A DNA stretch of 56,168 nt from Octopus bimaculoides (GCF_001194135.2 NC_068982.1:57964687-58020854), one strand, 5' to 3'. Counted from the first letter of the stretch, positions 25,935-38,192 are shown. Notes: generated by a model not told the origin, from the letters alone. Program-made: numbers and translations.

Positions 25935-26095
25935 TCTCTTTTTACTACAGGCACAAAGCCTGAAATTTTGGCAGGTTGGGGAGAGAGATAGTTGATTACA
26001 TTGACCCCAGTGCTCAACTATTACTTATTTTATTGATCCTGAAAGGATGAAGGAAAAGTCAACCTTGGTGGAATTTGAACTCAGAATGTAAAGCT
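25935..26095 (-). mobile_element. SINE family C 3' part
   Basis: GGCACAAAGCCTGAAATTTTGG..GAAAGGATGAAGG..GAATTTGAACTCAGAA. Confidence 0.78.
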
Positions 26096-27050
26096 AGAAG
26101 AAATGGTGATTATACCATTGATCACCTAACTCTGTACAAAAAGTCCCCAAAACAGTCGATAAACATCCTGGAAAGTCAATCAGAGATATTGCACAGGACC
26201 TCAAGGTTTCAGAATGCAGAATACAAATCGTCAGAAAAGCTAGGCAAGAGGTCATTATGTACAAATCATATGTGATGCAGAGGTGTCAATTCATGTCAGA
26301 TATAACAAGAGAGTTTCAACTGAACCATGCAAAGGGCTTGCTAAACAAGTGAAAACATTCAGAGGCTGAAATGCTTTTTCTCCGAAAAAAAAAAAAAAAA
26401 TTGATGAGAACCAAGAGGTAAATGTAAAGAACAATAAATGGTTATGCAGAGAACCAAATGAGGTTCCAATGAACATGCATATTAAGTTGCCAACAACTGT
26501 AATGGTTTTGGTAGTTGTCAGTGACGAGGCAGATGTCATGCCTTCACACTTTTCCTCAATGCTGCTGTCTGCACAGTGGGGTTGGAGAAAGTTGTGAGGC
26601 CCTGAATGGACAAAATATGCAACAGAAGACTGTACATCTTCCAAAAAGACACTTTGCCATTTGATAAGGCTAAGACAACCCAAGCATGGATGTATGCCAA
26701 TCTACATAATCATGTTGTCCCAGACACGAGTCCCTAGCACACAAGACCTCAATCCATTAGACTATTATAATCAAGAGAGAGGTCAGTCAACACCACCATA
26801 ATACCATACAATCTCCCAAATCCACCATAACTAGCACTGTGTATAAAACTGATAAAGATCATCTGATTCAGAAATGTCAACACTTCTGACTCTGTATTGA
26901 AGCAGCCACTGATACTAATAGTAAATTCACTGACTAGGTCTGATAATAGGATTCTCAAAATTATTTGTTATCAAATACAGTTTTTCTTTTATGAGCTATG
27001 CCTCATTTTCTAAATTTATACAAATGATCTCAAAAAGCTGACACACCCTG
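26096..27050 (+). mobile_element. Decayed Tc1/mariner-superfamily transposon, maT/DD37D-like transposase pseudogene
   Basis: HTH KHPGKSIRDIAQDLKVSE, YKSYVMQRCQFMS, NNKWLCREPNEVPM, VMVLVVVSDEADVMP, YIFQKD and DLNPLDYY (about 26745). Stop at 26937; 3' end CACCCTG resembles a TIR. Confidence 0.85.
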
Positions 27051-27065
27051 TGTGTGTAATATATA

Positions 27066-27740
27066 CGTGGTCTGATCAATAAGTATCCGGACTGTTACTA
27101 GATTAATGAAGCTAAAGCAAGAGGAGTGAAGCCACTTGGCACAAGTTGACCTTGATCTCTCCTGTGCATGTGCACTGAGTTTTAACATTCAGGCGCAGGA
27201 GTGGCTGTGTGGTAAGTAGTTTGCTTACCAACTATATGGTTCCGGGTTCAGTCCCACTGCATGGCACCTAGGGCAAGTGTCTTCTACTATAGCCTCGGGC
27301 TGACCAAAGCCTTGTGAGTGGATTCGGTGGACGGAAACTGAAAGAAGCCCATCGTATATATGTGTGTATATATATATATATATATACATATATGTATGTG
27401 TGTTTGTGTATCTGTGTTTGTCCCCCCATCATCGCTTGAGAATCGATGCTGGTGTGTTTACGTCCCCATAACTTAGTGGTTCGGCAAAAAGAGACCGATA
27501 GAATAAGTACTAGGCTTACAAAGAATAAGTCCTGGGGTCGATTTTCTTGACTAAAAGGCGGTGCTCCAGCATGGCCGCAGTCAAATGACTGAAACAAGTA
27601 AAAGAGTATTCTAGCTCAGTTCCACTGTTTACCGTGTAGCATGTGATCATCACATTGACCATGACAGAGAAAGTTGAGCAGAGACTCCGCATCAAATTTT
27701 GCCAAATGCTTTGCGATATCTGCTTAGAGGTATATGCAAA
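27066..27740 (+). mobile_element. Mariner element 5' part (TIR, 5' UTR, transposase start), interrupted by a SINE
   Basis: TA followed by CGTGGTCTGATCAATAAGTATCCGGAC TIR-like end. ATG at 27661 reads MTEKVEQRLRIKFCQMLCDICLEVYAK. Confidence 0.8.
27191..27607 (+). mobile_element. SINE family A, full-length well-preserved copy (tRNA-like head, core, internal (TA)/(TG)n, AAAGAGT tail)
   Basis: A-box-like TGGCTGTGTGG and B-box-like GGTTCAGTCCC. Multiple copies in the window. 4-bp ATTC flanking duplication. Confidence 0.9.
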
Positions 27741-28105
27741 GTTTTCAAAAAGTTTTCGTCCTTCTTGACACGATCAAGGAGATCTGGTGCTACTGAAATC
27801 TAAGTGTCTTTTTAGTCAGCTGAAAACAATTTTGGTACACAAACTTGGCAGATATGTGTCTTATAGCCAAATCTTCAGTGACAATGGATTGAACTGAACC
27901 GTAACTAATCTTCACATCCTCTGATAACTCACTGGTGGTGCACACACAGCTGCATGCACATCTACAATGTTTTCCTCAGTTCAGCAAGTTGCAAATCTCC
28001 CAGAACGTTTGTCACTATCGACATTTTCTCAGCCATCTTGGAAATGTCTGGACCACTTGTACACTTGTGTGCAGTTCATACACTCCTCTCCATACACTTT
28101 TTGCA
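27741..28105 (-). pseudogene. Inverted continuation of the mariner transposase
   Basis: Minus strand reads QKVYGEECMNCTQVYKWSRHFQDG*ENVDSDKRSGR..TEENIV..ELSEDVKISYGSVQSIVTEDL..AKF..VPK..DLLDRVKKDENFLK. Confidence 0.85.
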
Positions 28106-28133
28106 CCAATGCTATATTCTTGCTTTTAATCTA

Positions 28134-28945
28134 ACATAAAAACACATGTAATTTATGCATATTTTTTCTACAAAAATAAAAATAAATTTTAGAGGTGCAT
28201 AAATTACATGAGTAGATCATTTCCAGAATATTCTAGAAATTTTTTTTTGTTGAAAAAAGACATACAAAATGTAAACATTCATACCAGAAGTTGACACATT
28301 TAAGGTCAGAATAGGCTTTTATATGAAAAAATAACGGCTTAAATATAATGAGGTTGACTTTTATTTAGGCTGGATGATATAATGCTTACTTTTTCTGTAT
28401 AAATTTACTAAAACCATTAAATAGTTAACTACTTTTTGTAGTCTGACATTCATGCTGGTAATCACAGTCTTTTACTATTTTACTCGGTTGAGTAAAGTGT
28501 CATCATAGGTAATTAAACTTAATTTGCAACACCTGTGCAAATCTATTAGCTTTGTTTTTGTTGATAATTCTTAACTTTTCCTGTGATTGTGATTTGAGAA
28601 GACGTACAGCAGTATGCTAAAGACTGGACATAATCTCTTGTGGGCAAGAAATGTAAAATAAAGTTTATTATAGATAAAACACACTGTGTAATTTAATAGC
28701 TTTTAATGTGATACCTGTTAAACAGAAATTATTTTTATTTTATGAAAATTTAATAAAAGTTAATAAGTTTAGTGAAATTATGCTAAATACAACTAGATTG
28801 AAAACCTTTTCCCCCTGACCATGTCGGCAATTCTAAAAATTTTGGATGCAAATTTTACATGAGTAGAAGCTTTTTTTAACAATCTTTATCCTCAAAATCA
28901 TTTGCGTAACTTACACAGGTGTGCAAATTACATGAGTTTTTACGG
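28134..28945. mobile_element. Non-autonomous TIR element (pogo/Tc2-like MITE) flanked by TA
   Basis: Left TA-ACATAAAAACACATGTAATTT against right AAATTACATGAGTTTTTACGG-TA. Internal subterminal copies of AAATTACATGAGT at about 28200 and 28852. Confidence 0.72.
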
Positions 28946-29015
28946 TATGTGTCTCTTCCCTAACCCTAAATGGAAGGAAATATTCTAGAGAATAACTGTC
29001 AATATACTAGTACCA

Positions 29016-29232
29016 AAGGTGGTGAGCTGGCAGAATCATTAGCATGCCAGAAAAAATGTTCTGCAGCATTTCTTCACTCTTCACATTCAGAGTTCAAATT
29101 CCATCAAAGTCGACTTTGCTTTGCATCCTTTCAGAGTTGACAATATAAGTACCAGTTGAACACTGAGGTTGATGTAATCAACTTGTCTCCTCTCTAAGAA
29201 TTGCAGGCCTTGTGTCAAATTTTGAAACCAAT
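29016..29232 (+). mobile_element. SINE family C, full length
   Basis: AAGGTGGTGAGCTGGCAGAATCATTAGC..GAGTTCAAATTCC..CATCCTTTCAGAGTTGAC. Confidence 0.85.
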
Positions 29233-30166
29233 ATAAAAGTACTACTTACAGTCTCATCCTTGGGTGTATAAAAATCAAAGCCCAGTAGCCATTACATTGG
29301 AACTTGAAACCATCAGCCCCAAGAAACTCTAAAACATCTACCACAGCATTCAGCTGTCCGCACCATCTTCAAGAATAATAAACCATTGAACAAAAGCTTC
29401 AGTCACTCACTGACACATTCATCACAGTTCATTTGTAAAAAAGTTGGCAGAGGTTATAGCTGGAAAACATTAAAAACATTTCCACAACTTTTGTCTTGTC
29501 TCTTCAAAAACTTATAACTATTTCTTCACACGGCCAATGATGGTACAATGGAAAGTTACATTTCTTAACAACTTCATACAATCAAAAATGCACAAACACA
29601 CACACACATTTATTTATTTATAGATCAAGAGACAAAGCTTTTTAAAGAAAACTGAGAAAAAGCAGAAAGAAACTGGTTGCAACGCTGTCAGCTGTAGAAG
29701 AACACCTTAAAGAACTGTTCATGGCAATTCAAAAACAGTAGCCCTGTCTTTGGCAGAAATACACTGAAGATGTAAGCCAGTTTTTATCTATGAGATGTGC
29801 AACTTGGCATAATGAAATCATATCAAATAGAAATTGTCTACTGCAAAAATCTTTCTCAAGACTTGGAATGAAAGCAAGGAAGAACAGCATTGAAATGTCA
29901 TAGAGAACCATAGTCAGTCATAAGAGCCTAAAGTCATGTGTTTTTGTGTGCATGTGAGTGTGTGTGTTTAAGGAAAGGGCATGGATGGGTTGTGAGGTCA
30001 ATATTAAAGACAGGGAAGGTGAATAAAAGTAAAAAAAAATATGACACGAGAAATGAAAGGTTACTATTATTATGAGATCAAACTATTGTTTAGAGTTGGT
30101 GAATAGACATTGAACAGGTCTGAGAGTTGTACACTTGGACAGCATTAGTAAACGAACATGCATACA

Positions 30167-30212
<46 letters not shown>

Positions 30213-30309
30213 NNNNNNNNNNNNNNNNNNNNNNNNNNNNNNNNNNNNNNNNNNNNNNNNNNNNNNNNNNNNNNNNNNNNNNNNNNNNNNNNNNNNNNNN
30301 NNNNNNNNN

Positions 30310-30344
<35 letters not shown>

Positions 30345-30890
30345 AGGGAGGGGAAAAAAGGAAAAACTACAAACAGAAAGTAAATGCAAAAATGGAAGTG
30401 CAACATATGTAAGAAATAATAACGAGAACATTTTGAATAAATATCAATTTCCTGATAACTACCTGTGGATCTGTGTTGTTAGCTGCTCAGATCTTAGAAA
30501 AATCTATGAAGTCTTTTATATTTCAGCATTATGAGGACATTTAGTGTTAATTAGAAAACCATGTACATTGCATTTAGTCCTTGCCCCTAAATATCCAACA
30601 GGACTTTTTTTCTTTTATTTTTCATTTTGCATTTTTTTTTTTGTCTTTTTGCAAAATGCATCTGAGGGAAAATTGGTAAAGTTACATAAATAGACTGACA
30701 GATAGATGAATAATAAAATAAAAAGACACACGAACAGTGAAGCAGGCAGATAACTATACAGACTACAGACAGACAACTAGACGGGTGTGTAGACATAGAT
30801 GGATAGACAGGTAGAGAAAAACAGAGACAGAAGACAAATGAATAAACAGATATTTTATTTGACTATTTACAAAACATTTGTGTGTGTGTA

Positions 30891-30944
<54 letters not shown>

Positions 30945-31269
30945 NNNNNNNNNNNNNNNNNNNNNNNNNNNNNNNNNNNNNNNNNNNNNNNNNNNNNNNN
31001 NNNNNNNNNNNNNNNNNNNNNNNNNNNNNNNNNNNNNNNNNNNNNNNNNNNNNNNNNNNNNNNNNNNNNNNNNNNNNNNNNNNNNNNNNNNNNNNNNNNN
31101 NNNNNNNNNNNNNNNNNNNNNNNNNNNNNNNNNNNNNNNNNNNNNNNNNNNNNNNNNNNNNNNNNNNNNNNNNNNNNNNNNNNNNNNNNNNNNNNNNNNN
31201 NNNNNNNNNNNNNNNNNNNNNNNNNNNNNNNNNNNNNNNNNNNNNNNNNNNNNNNNNNNNNNNNNNNNN

Positions 31270-31455
31270 TGACAACCGATGCTAGTGTGTTTACGTCCCC
31301 GTAACTTAGCAGTTCGGCAAAAAGAGACCGAAAAAATAAGTACTAGGCATCCAAAGAATAAGTCCTGGGGTCAATTTGCTCGACTAAAGGCGGTGCTCCA
31401 GCATGGCCACAGTCAAATGACTGAAAGAAGTAAAAGAGTAAAGAGAGAGTAAAGA
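31270..31455 (+). mobile_element. SINE family A 3' half following a gap
   Basis: Near-identical to 27437-27607, with tandem AAAGAGT tail units. Confidence 0.85.
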
Positions 31456-31764
31456 GTATATACTGACTTCAGCTATGTAACCACACATGCTTTTCTTGGA
31501 CTTCTTTCCTTCTTTCAGAACCTTTCTTTTTTTCTCTTCCTGACACAGAGCTATGTTCTAGATGTTATACATCCACTCTGTTTTCCATCTTATTCTGAGT
31601 GTCCATTTATCTGTCCTTTTGACTTTTGTTGTTTTGCTGTTTTAATTTTTAATTCTCAATTTATACACACACACATACACACCCACTCACAACCTATGTA
31701 AAAGCATGGTTGCCCTTGCATACAAACTTGTCCCCTGCAACCCTCTCCAGCTGAGCATCCCTAA

Positions 31765-31980
31765 TGTGCTACATAAAAAGCATCCATGCCAGTGCTGCGT
31801 AAAAGCACCCAGTACACTCTGTAAAGTGGTTGGCGTCAGGAAAGGGCATCCAGTTGTAGAAACCATGCTAAAACAGACATGGAACCTGAATAGCCCTCCA
31901 GCATGCCAGCTCCTGTCAAACTGTCCAACCCATGCCAGCATGGAAAATGGATGTTAAAAGATGATGACAATGATGATGAT
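31765..31980 (+). mobile_element. Family B element. Other copies: 1968-2185(-), 18291-18360(+), 39025-39165(-), 43900-44115(-), 52610-52800(-), 53690-53905(+), 54685-54835(+)
   Basis: GGTTGGCGTCAGGAAAGGGCATCCAG..GTCCAACCCATGCCAGCATGG..(GAT)n. Confidence 0.82.
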
Positions 31981-32149
31981 ATATGCATGGGCACATGGTT
32001 AAGAACCTCACTCTGCAACTAAATATAGTTTTGAATTCAAATCCTATGCATGGCAACTTGGGTTAGTGTCTTTCTACCATAACCCTGGGTTGACCAATGC
32101 TTCGTGTGTGTGTGTGCGCATGCGTGTATTTATATATAAATGTATATCT

Positions 32150-32545
32150 TTTACCTGTTACTTGTTTCAATCATTAGACTGTGGCTATGCTGGGGCACCA
32201 CCTTGAAGAATTTTAGTTGAATGAATTGACCCCAGTACTTATTTTTATAAACCTTTTTCTATTGGTCTCATTTGCGAAACTTAAGTTACAGGGATATAAA
32301 CACACCAACACCGGTTGTCAAGAATTGGTAGGGGACAAACACAGACACACGCACGCGAGCACACGGAAAAATATATATGATAGGCTTCTTTCAATTTATG
32401 CCTACCAAATCCACTCCCAAGGCTTTGGTTGGCCTGAAACTATAGTAAAAGATAGTTGCCCAAGGTGCTACGCTGTGGGGATGAACCCCAAACCATGTGG
32501 TTAGGAAACAAACTTCTTACCATACAACCATACCAGTGCCTATAT
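32150..32545 (-). mobile_element. SINE family A, full length; a plus-strand head fragment lies at 31983-32105
   Basis: Tail, core and head motifs. Confidence 0.82.
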
Positions 32546-33534
32546 GAAGACAGACAGACAGAAGTGTTTGCAATTCAGGAGTGGTAACTTGCAGAAATAA
32601 AGACAAAAACATGAAAGATTGTATATGGAAGATGGACTGGGGATGGGGAAGTAACAATTTAATGTTAGACAATCAAAAAGGCAATATTTTTCATCAAAGC
32701 TGTCTTGCAGAACATTCATGCTTCAAGAAATTAAGAAATACTAAAAACATATGCAGCAAAGAGCAACTTAAAATAGCATGAAATATACAGTAAAATGTTG
32801 GTAATGTTTGGAAAATATTAAATAAATTTCAAAAATAATTGTGTAAAAGAAAAAAAGGAAAGTGGCTGTTCAAACTGAAAATTGAATTTTAAAAACAAAT
32901 TCTTTGAAATAGTAGGATTAGTTCTGTTTATTGATCTTTGATTTGGTCACATCTACTATTGAATTTCCATTACACATATCGCAAAATGGTATCTAGCTTT
33001 AATAATGAGGATATAGTTGTTCTTCTGTGTATGTATGTAAATGTGTGCATATGTGTGTGTGCACATGTATGTATATTTCTCAGTCTAAGTGTAGTGTATG
33101 TTTCCGTGTGTGTGTATGTGTGTGTGTGTGTGTGCGTGCGTGTATGAGTGTTATTAGGACTTGTCAGTGAACTGTTTCTTCCAGTCTGCAGCATTTGAGA
33201 TGTTTGGAGGGGCTGGGCCACTAACAGTGAAGTTCTTGTCATTGTTAGTGGTTCGCCATACCACAGTCTCAAGTGATGCCCGTGAGGGTACTTGACTGCT
33301 CCAATGCCTTAGCCTCGCCATCACCTGTCGTAATGCTGTGAGCACATTGCCTTGCTTCAGTAGGTTCCATTGAACCTTGTTGTGTGTGACCAATTGATGC
33401 ACTTACTGTTGAATTGATGTCTTTTCATCTTTCTTCCTCTTTTTCTTTTTTTGCTCATGCTTGTGTTGTATTTGGTTTTGTATTCTAATGTAGTTTTGTA
33501 TTATATATGTATCATATGCACACATGTTATATAA

Positions 33535-33960
33535 GAACAGGTGTGGCTGTGTGGTAAGAAGCTTGCTTTCCAACCACATGGCTCTGGGTTCAGTCCCACT
33601 GCGTGGCACCTTGGGCAAGTGTCTTCTACTATAGCCTCAGTAAACCAAAGCCCTGTGAGTGGATTTGGTAGAGGAAACTGAAAGAAGCACATGGTGTATA
33701 TGTATGTGTATGTGTGTGTGTGTGTGTGTGTGTTTGTGAGTGTATGTCTTTGTGTCTGTGTTTGTTGCCCCAGCCATCACTTTACAACCAATATTGGTGT
33801 GCTTACATCCCCGTAGCTTAATGATTCGACAAAAAGTGACTGACAGAATAAGTACCAGGCTTACAAAGAATAAGTCCTGGGGTTGATTTCTTCAACTAAA
33901 AGGCAGTGTCCATCATGGCCACACTCAAATGACTGACACAAGTAAAAGAATAAAAGAAAG
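33535..33960 (+). mobile_element. SINE family A, full length
   Basis: GGTGTGGCTGTGTGGTAAGAAGCTTGC..GGGTTCAGTCCCACTGCGTGGCACC head. Confidence 0.88.
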
Positions 33961-35029
33961 AATGTAATCATTAAATGCAAATCTTAATTTTCATGGAATA
34001 TTTATAAAATAAAACTGAAAATAGATTAAAGAAAACCAAAACATCTACGAAATTTTAAATATTTCCCATTCTCTATATAATTATTTTATTGAAACATTTG
34101 AGATTAGTGATTCAATGTCATTTGAAAAATATCATCTGCTGCTCTTTTAAATGAAATTCATGCTTAACATAATGTGTATTGGAAAGTCTAATGATGGCTG
34201 TTTCTGATAAGACCCAATGGAGGAGATGCCCGAACACTCTCATGAGTCTTTACTCCCAAAACCGTGCCAGGAATAGTGAGTAGAGAAAATGAATGGATGC
34301 ATGGATTAACATGTGTGCATGTGTGAGAGAAAGAGAGAGAGAGTTATGTGAATGAGTAGTTTAGTGGCTGTGCATGAGCAGAAGAAAGGGATTAGGTAAA
34401 TATGTGAAAGCATGTCAGTGAATGAACAAATATGAACAAATGAATGTGAGAAAGTGATTATCAATATCTGAATGTGGAAGAAAAAATGTGAATGAGAATC
34501 AATAAATGAATGTGGGTGAACATGAATGAGTGAATGGGAAGGGGGAAAAATACAAAGACACAAACATATATACACATATACATTTTTACATACATACACA
34601 CAGTACTAATAATAATAATAATGATAATCCTTGGATGGAATTTATAAATATTTTAATGCATCGCTATGTGCGTTTCCACAGTTCACATGTTTCTTAAGAT
34701 CATAGTCTGTATTCCTGAGATGTTTACAGTGCAGTCAGCAGTATCCATGGACTTCAGGTATATCATGTTCATGCATTCATTTCTTTGATCGAAGGAAACA
34801 TGTGATTCATGGAAACACATGTAGTAATGCATTAAAATATCTAAAAATTCCATCCAAGGATTATTATTATTTTTTTTTTTTTTATCCTACATTATATTGG
34901 CATAGCTCAGTGCAACCCCACAAAACTGGTATTGCCAGGTGGCATCATTAGGCTGTAACTGGCAAAATAGAACAGGGGCTTTTAAATGCATATTCAGAAT
35001 GTTTCCCGTAAACGAACTTAAAGGACACA

Positions 35030-35083
<54 letters not shown>

Positions 35084-35118
35084 AGGTTGAAAAGGAACAC
35101 ACGAGTTAATATATATAT

Positions 35119-35598
35119 GGAAAAAATGTCAAGGTAGAAAATGCGAAAATAACTTTATAAAAAAAACATTTCAGTACCGCTTTCAGTCATTGAGACTTTT
35201 TCAACTGTAAGCAAAGAGAACAATTAAATTTTGGAAAAATTAAATGGGAAGTTTTTTTATAAGAATATTTGCATAGTATTCAAATACAAGGGGCATTTCC
35301 CTTGTTTCTGCCTCTCTCTGTCTCTTGTATTTACTCTTGTGGGTTCAATATCGTTGTGAATTCGCAATGACATCAGACATACAAGAGTAAACAAGAGAGA
35401 CAGAGACAGGCAGAAACAAGGAAAATGCCCCTTGTATTTGAATACTATGCAAATATTCTTATAAAAAGCTTTCCATTTAATTTTTCTAAAATTTAATTGT
35501 TTTCCATGCTTACAGTTGAAGAAGTCTCAATGACTGAAACCAGTACTGAAATGTTTTTTATAAAGTCATTTTAGCATTTTCTACCTTGACTTTTTCCC
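35119..35598. repeat. 480-bp near-perfect palindrome (fold-back element) flanked by (TA)n
   Basis: Arms are reverse complements along their whole length, centred on GAATTC at 35358-35363. Confidence 0.92.
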
Positions 35599-35957
35599 AT
35601 ATATATATATATANNNNNNNNNNNNNNNNNNNNNNNNNNNNNNNNNNNNNNNNNNNNNNNNNNNNNNNNNNNNNNNNNNNNNNNNNNNNNNNNNNNNNNN
35701 NNNNNNNNNNNNNNNNNNNNNNNNNNNNNNNNNNNNNNNNNNNNNNNNNNNNNNNNNNNNNNNNNNNNNNNNNNNNNNNNNNNNNNNNNNNNNNNNNNNN
35801 NNNNNNNNNNNNNNNNNNNNNNNNNNNNNNNNNNNNNNNNNNNNNNNNNNNNNNNNNNNNNNNNNNNNNNNNNNNNNNNNNNNNNNNNNNNNNNNNNNNN
35901 NNNNNNNNNNNNNNNNNNNNNNNNNNNNNNNNNNNNNNNNNTATATATATATATATA

Positions 35958-36160
35958 TCATCATCATCATCGTTTAACATCCGCTTTCCATGCTAGCATG
36001 GGTTGGACGATTTGACTGAGGACTGGTGGACCAGGTGGCTACACCATGCTCCAATCTGATTTGGCAGAGCTTCTACAGCTGGATGCCCTGCTAGCTATTG
36101 TCAAAGTGTCCAACCCATGCCAGCATGGAAAACAGAATTTAAATGATGATGATGATGAGG
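35958..36160. mobile_element. Two family B fragments fused in opposite orientation
   Basis: TTTCCATGCTAGCATGGGTTGGAC ... GTCCAACCCATGCCAGCATGGAAA, with (CAT)n and (GAT)n ends. Confidence 0.82.
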
Positions 36161-37159
36161 AGGATGAGGAGAAGGAGGAAGACAACAGGCTTCCACACAG
36201 TTTCTGTCTACTGAATTCCCTCATAAGGCATTGGTTGACCAAGGGTTAAAAGATTAAAAGAATTTTTTTATTGTTTTTAGGTTTACATTAACTTTCTATG
36301 CTGATTCTACCCTTTATATGAAACCCTAGTCAGGGTTAACACACGCACCTCTACTGATTAAGGACCTGAGACTAAGATAAGCTCACCACATCTTCACGTC
36401 AGTTATAGCAAAAAATATATAACAAGAAAGAAATAAAACATGAAATTAAAAAGCAGGAAAATGAAAAAATGAAAATACGCAAAACTGCAGTGTCTATATA
36501 TTTAATTTTATGACTAATTAAAACTAGCAATATTTTGGATCTTCGTGGATAATAAGTGGTAAATATGCAATGAGTCAATTCATCCACTTGACATACAAAT
36601 TTTTGTTTAATGTTTTTTTACATCTATTTTGATTGCCAGAAAACTAATTATCTGTTAAATACCAAATTACACATTTAAATATCAGTAACAAACCAATAAT
36701 TAAATTAGAAAAAAAAAAATAAATGAGCTAATATACATATTTACTAATTGCAGAAAATGTGTAAAATTGCATTTAAAACTTAAGAGCATTTTAGCTTTCA
36801 AAACAAAATATTTCTCCTAAAATCTAAATAACTAATTTTACTGTTTGTTCTTTTCTTTTTGCTTTGTTTTATTTTTATAATATTTATTTATTTTAAGAAG
36901 CAAGTACACAAAATGGCAAAAGATAGATAGATAGATAGATAGATAGACAGTTAATGAGAAAGGGAAGGAGAGAAAGAATTATGTATTTCCTTTCCTTAAC
37001 AGGAACTTAGGGTAAACTACTAGACTTAATAATCTATTTAGAAAATAATGTATAATATTATCAAGAAATTGGAAATTAGAACTATTTTTAAATACTTAGA
37101 GTTTAAAAATAAAATTACAGCATGATCAGTTTCAGAATTTAGAGGTGTAGGTGTGGCAA

Positions 37160-37320
37160 GGGGTATAGGCGTGGTAGTGTGGTTAAGAAACATGCTTCTA
37201 GCTATGTGGTCTTGGGTTCAATTCCAGGGATGGCTCCTCAGGCAAGTGTATTTTACTATAGCTCCAAGACAACCAAAGCCTTGTGAGTAGATTTGGTAGA
37301 TGGAAACTGAAAGAAGACTA
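37160..37320 (+). mobile_element. SINE family A head and core
   Basis: AAAGCCTTGTGAGTAGATTTGGTAGATGGAAACTGAAAGAAG core. Confidence 0.78.
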
Positions 37321-37330
37321 TGTGTGTGCG

Positions 37331-37362
<32 letters not shown>

Positions 37363-37509
37363 TTTTTACACACACACACACACATATATATACATATATA
37401 CATACACACACACACATACATATATATGCATGCATGTAATCTTGAGTTCAATCTCACTGTATGGCACCTTGAGCAAGTGTCTTGTACTATGGCCCAGGAC
37501 ATCTTTTAT

Positions 37510-37875
37510 CTTTTATTTGTTTCTGTCATTAGACTGCAACCATGCTGGGGCACCATCGTGAAGAATTTTTAGTTGAATGTGTTGACCTCAGTATTTATGT
37601 TGTAAAGCCTGGTACTTCTTCTTTTGGCCACTTTTGCCAAACCACTAAGTTACAGGTATGTAAACACACCAAGTGATGGTGGGGGACAAACACAGACCCC
37701 AACACACACACATGACAGGCTTCTTTCAGTTTCTGTCTACCAAATCCACTCACATGGTTTTAGTGGCTCGAGACTATAATAGAAGACACTTGCCCACAGT
37801 ACCATGCTGTGGGACTCAACCTGGAACCATGTGGTTGGGAGGAAAGCTTCTTACCACACAGCCACATCTGCGCCT
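37510..37875 (-). mobile_element. SINE family A, full length
   Basis: Inverted relative to the 37160 copy. Confidence 0.82.
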
Positions 37876-38192
37876 ATGCATGTATTTGTATGTTGTGCCC
37901 TTGTCTTGACATCACATTATGATTGTAAAATGAGCATCATTGTCAAACAAGTGGTGTGGTTTCTTTGTAAGGGTTGATAACAGGAAGAGTATTCAGCCCT
38001 TGAAAACATGCATTAACGAATTCCATCAGACCCATGCAAGTTATGGAAAAGAAGATATATGATGATGATGAGGAGGAGGACATGTAAGAAGATGAAGCCA
38101 TAGTTAAGCATGTAAGAAGATGGCTTTGCATTTAATGAGGTTCTGAGCTTGATTTTACAGTGTGGCATTTCAGACAGTATCCTTTATTATAG

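Noticed and set aside
27191-27270. tRNA genes at SINE heads
   Set aside because: A/B-box-like motifs are present but I see no intact cloverleaf, and each continues into SINE body sequence.
33407-33484. 78-nt phase 2-2 frame IQNQIQHKHEQKKKKRKKDEKTSIQ ending at a gtaagt donor
   Set aside because: The acceptor is purine-rich, the content is low-complexity, and the flanking centlein exons already join without it.
34892-34959. Minus-strand exon-like segment LQPNDATWQYQFCGVALSYANI
   Set aside because: It begins in phase 0 whereas the upstream centlein exon ends in phase 2; weak donor and no homology recognised.
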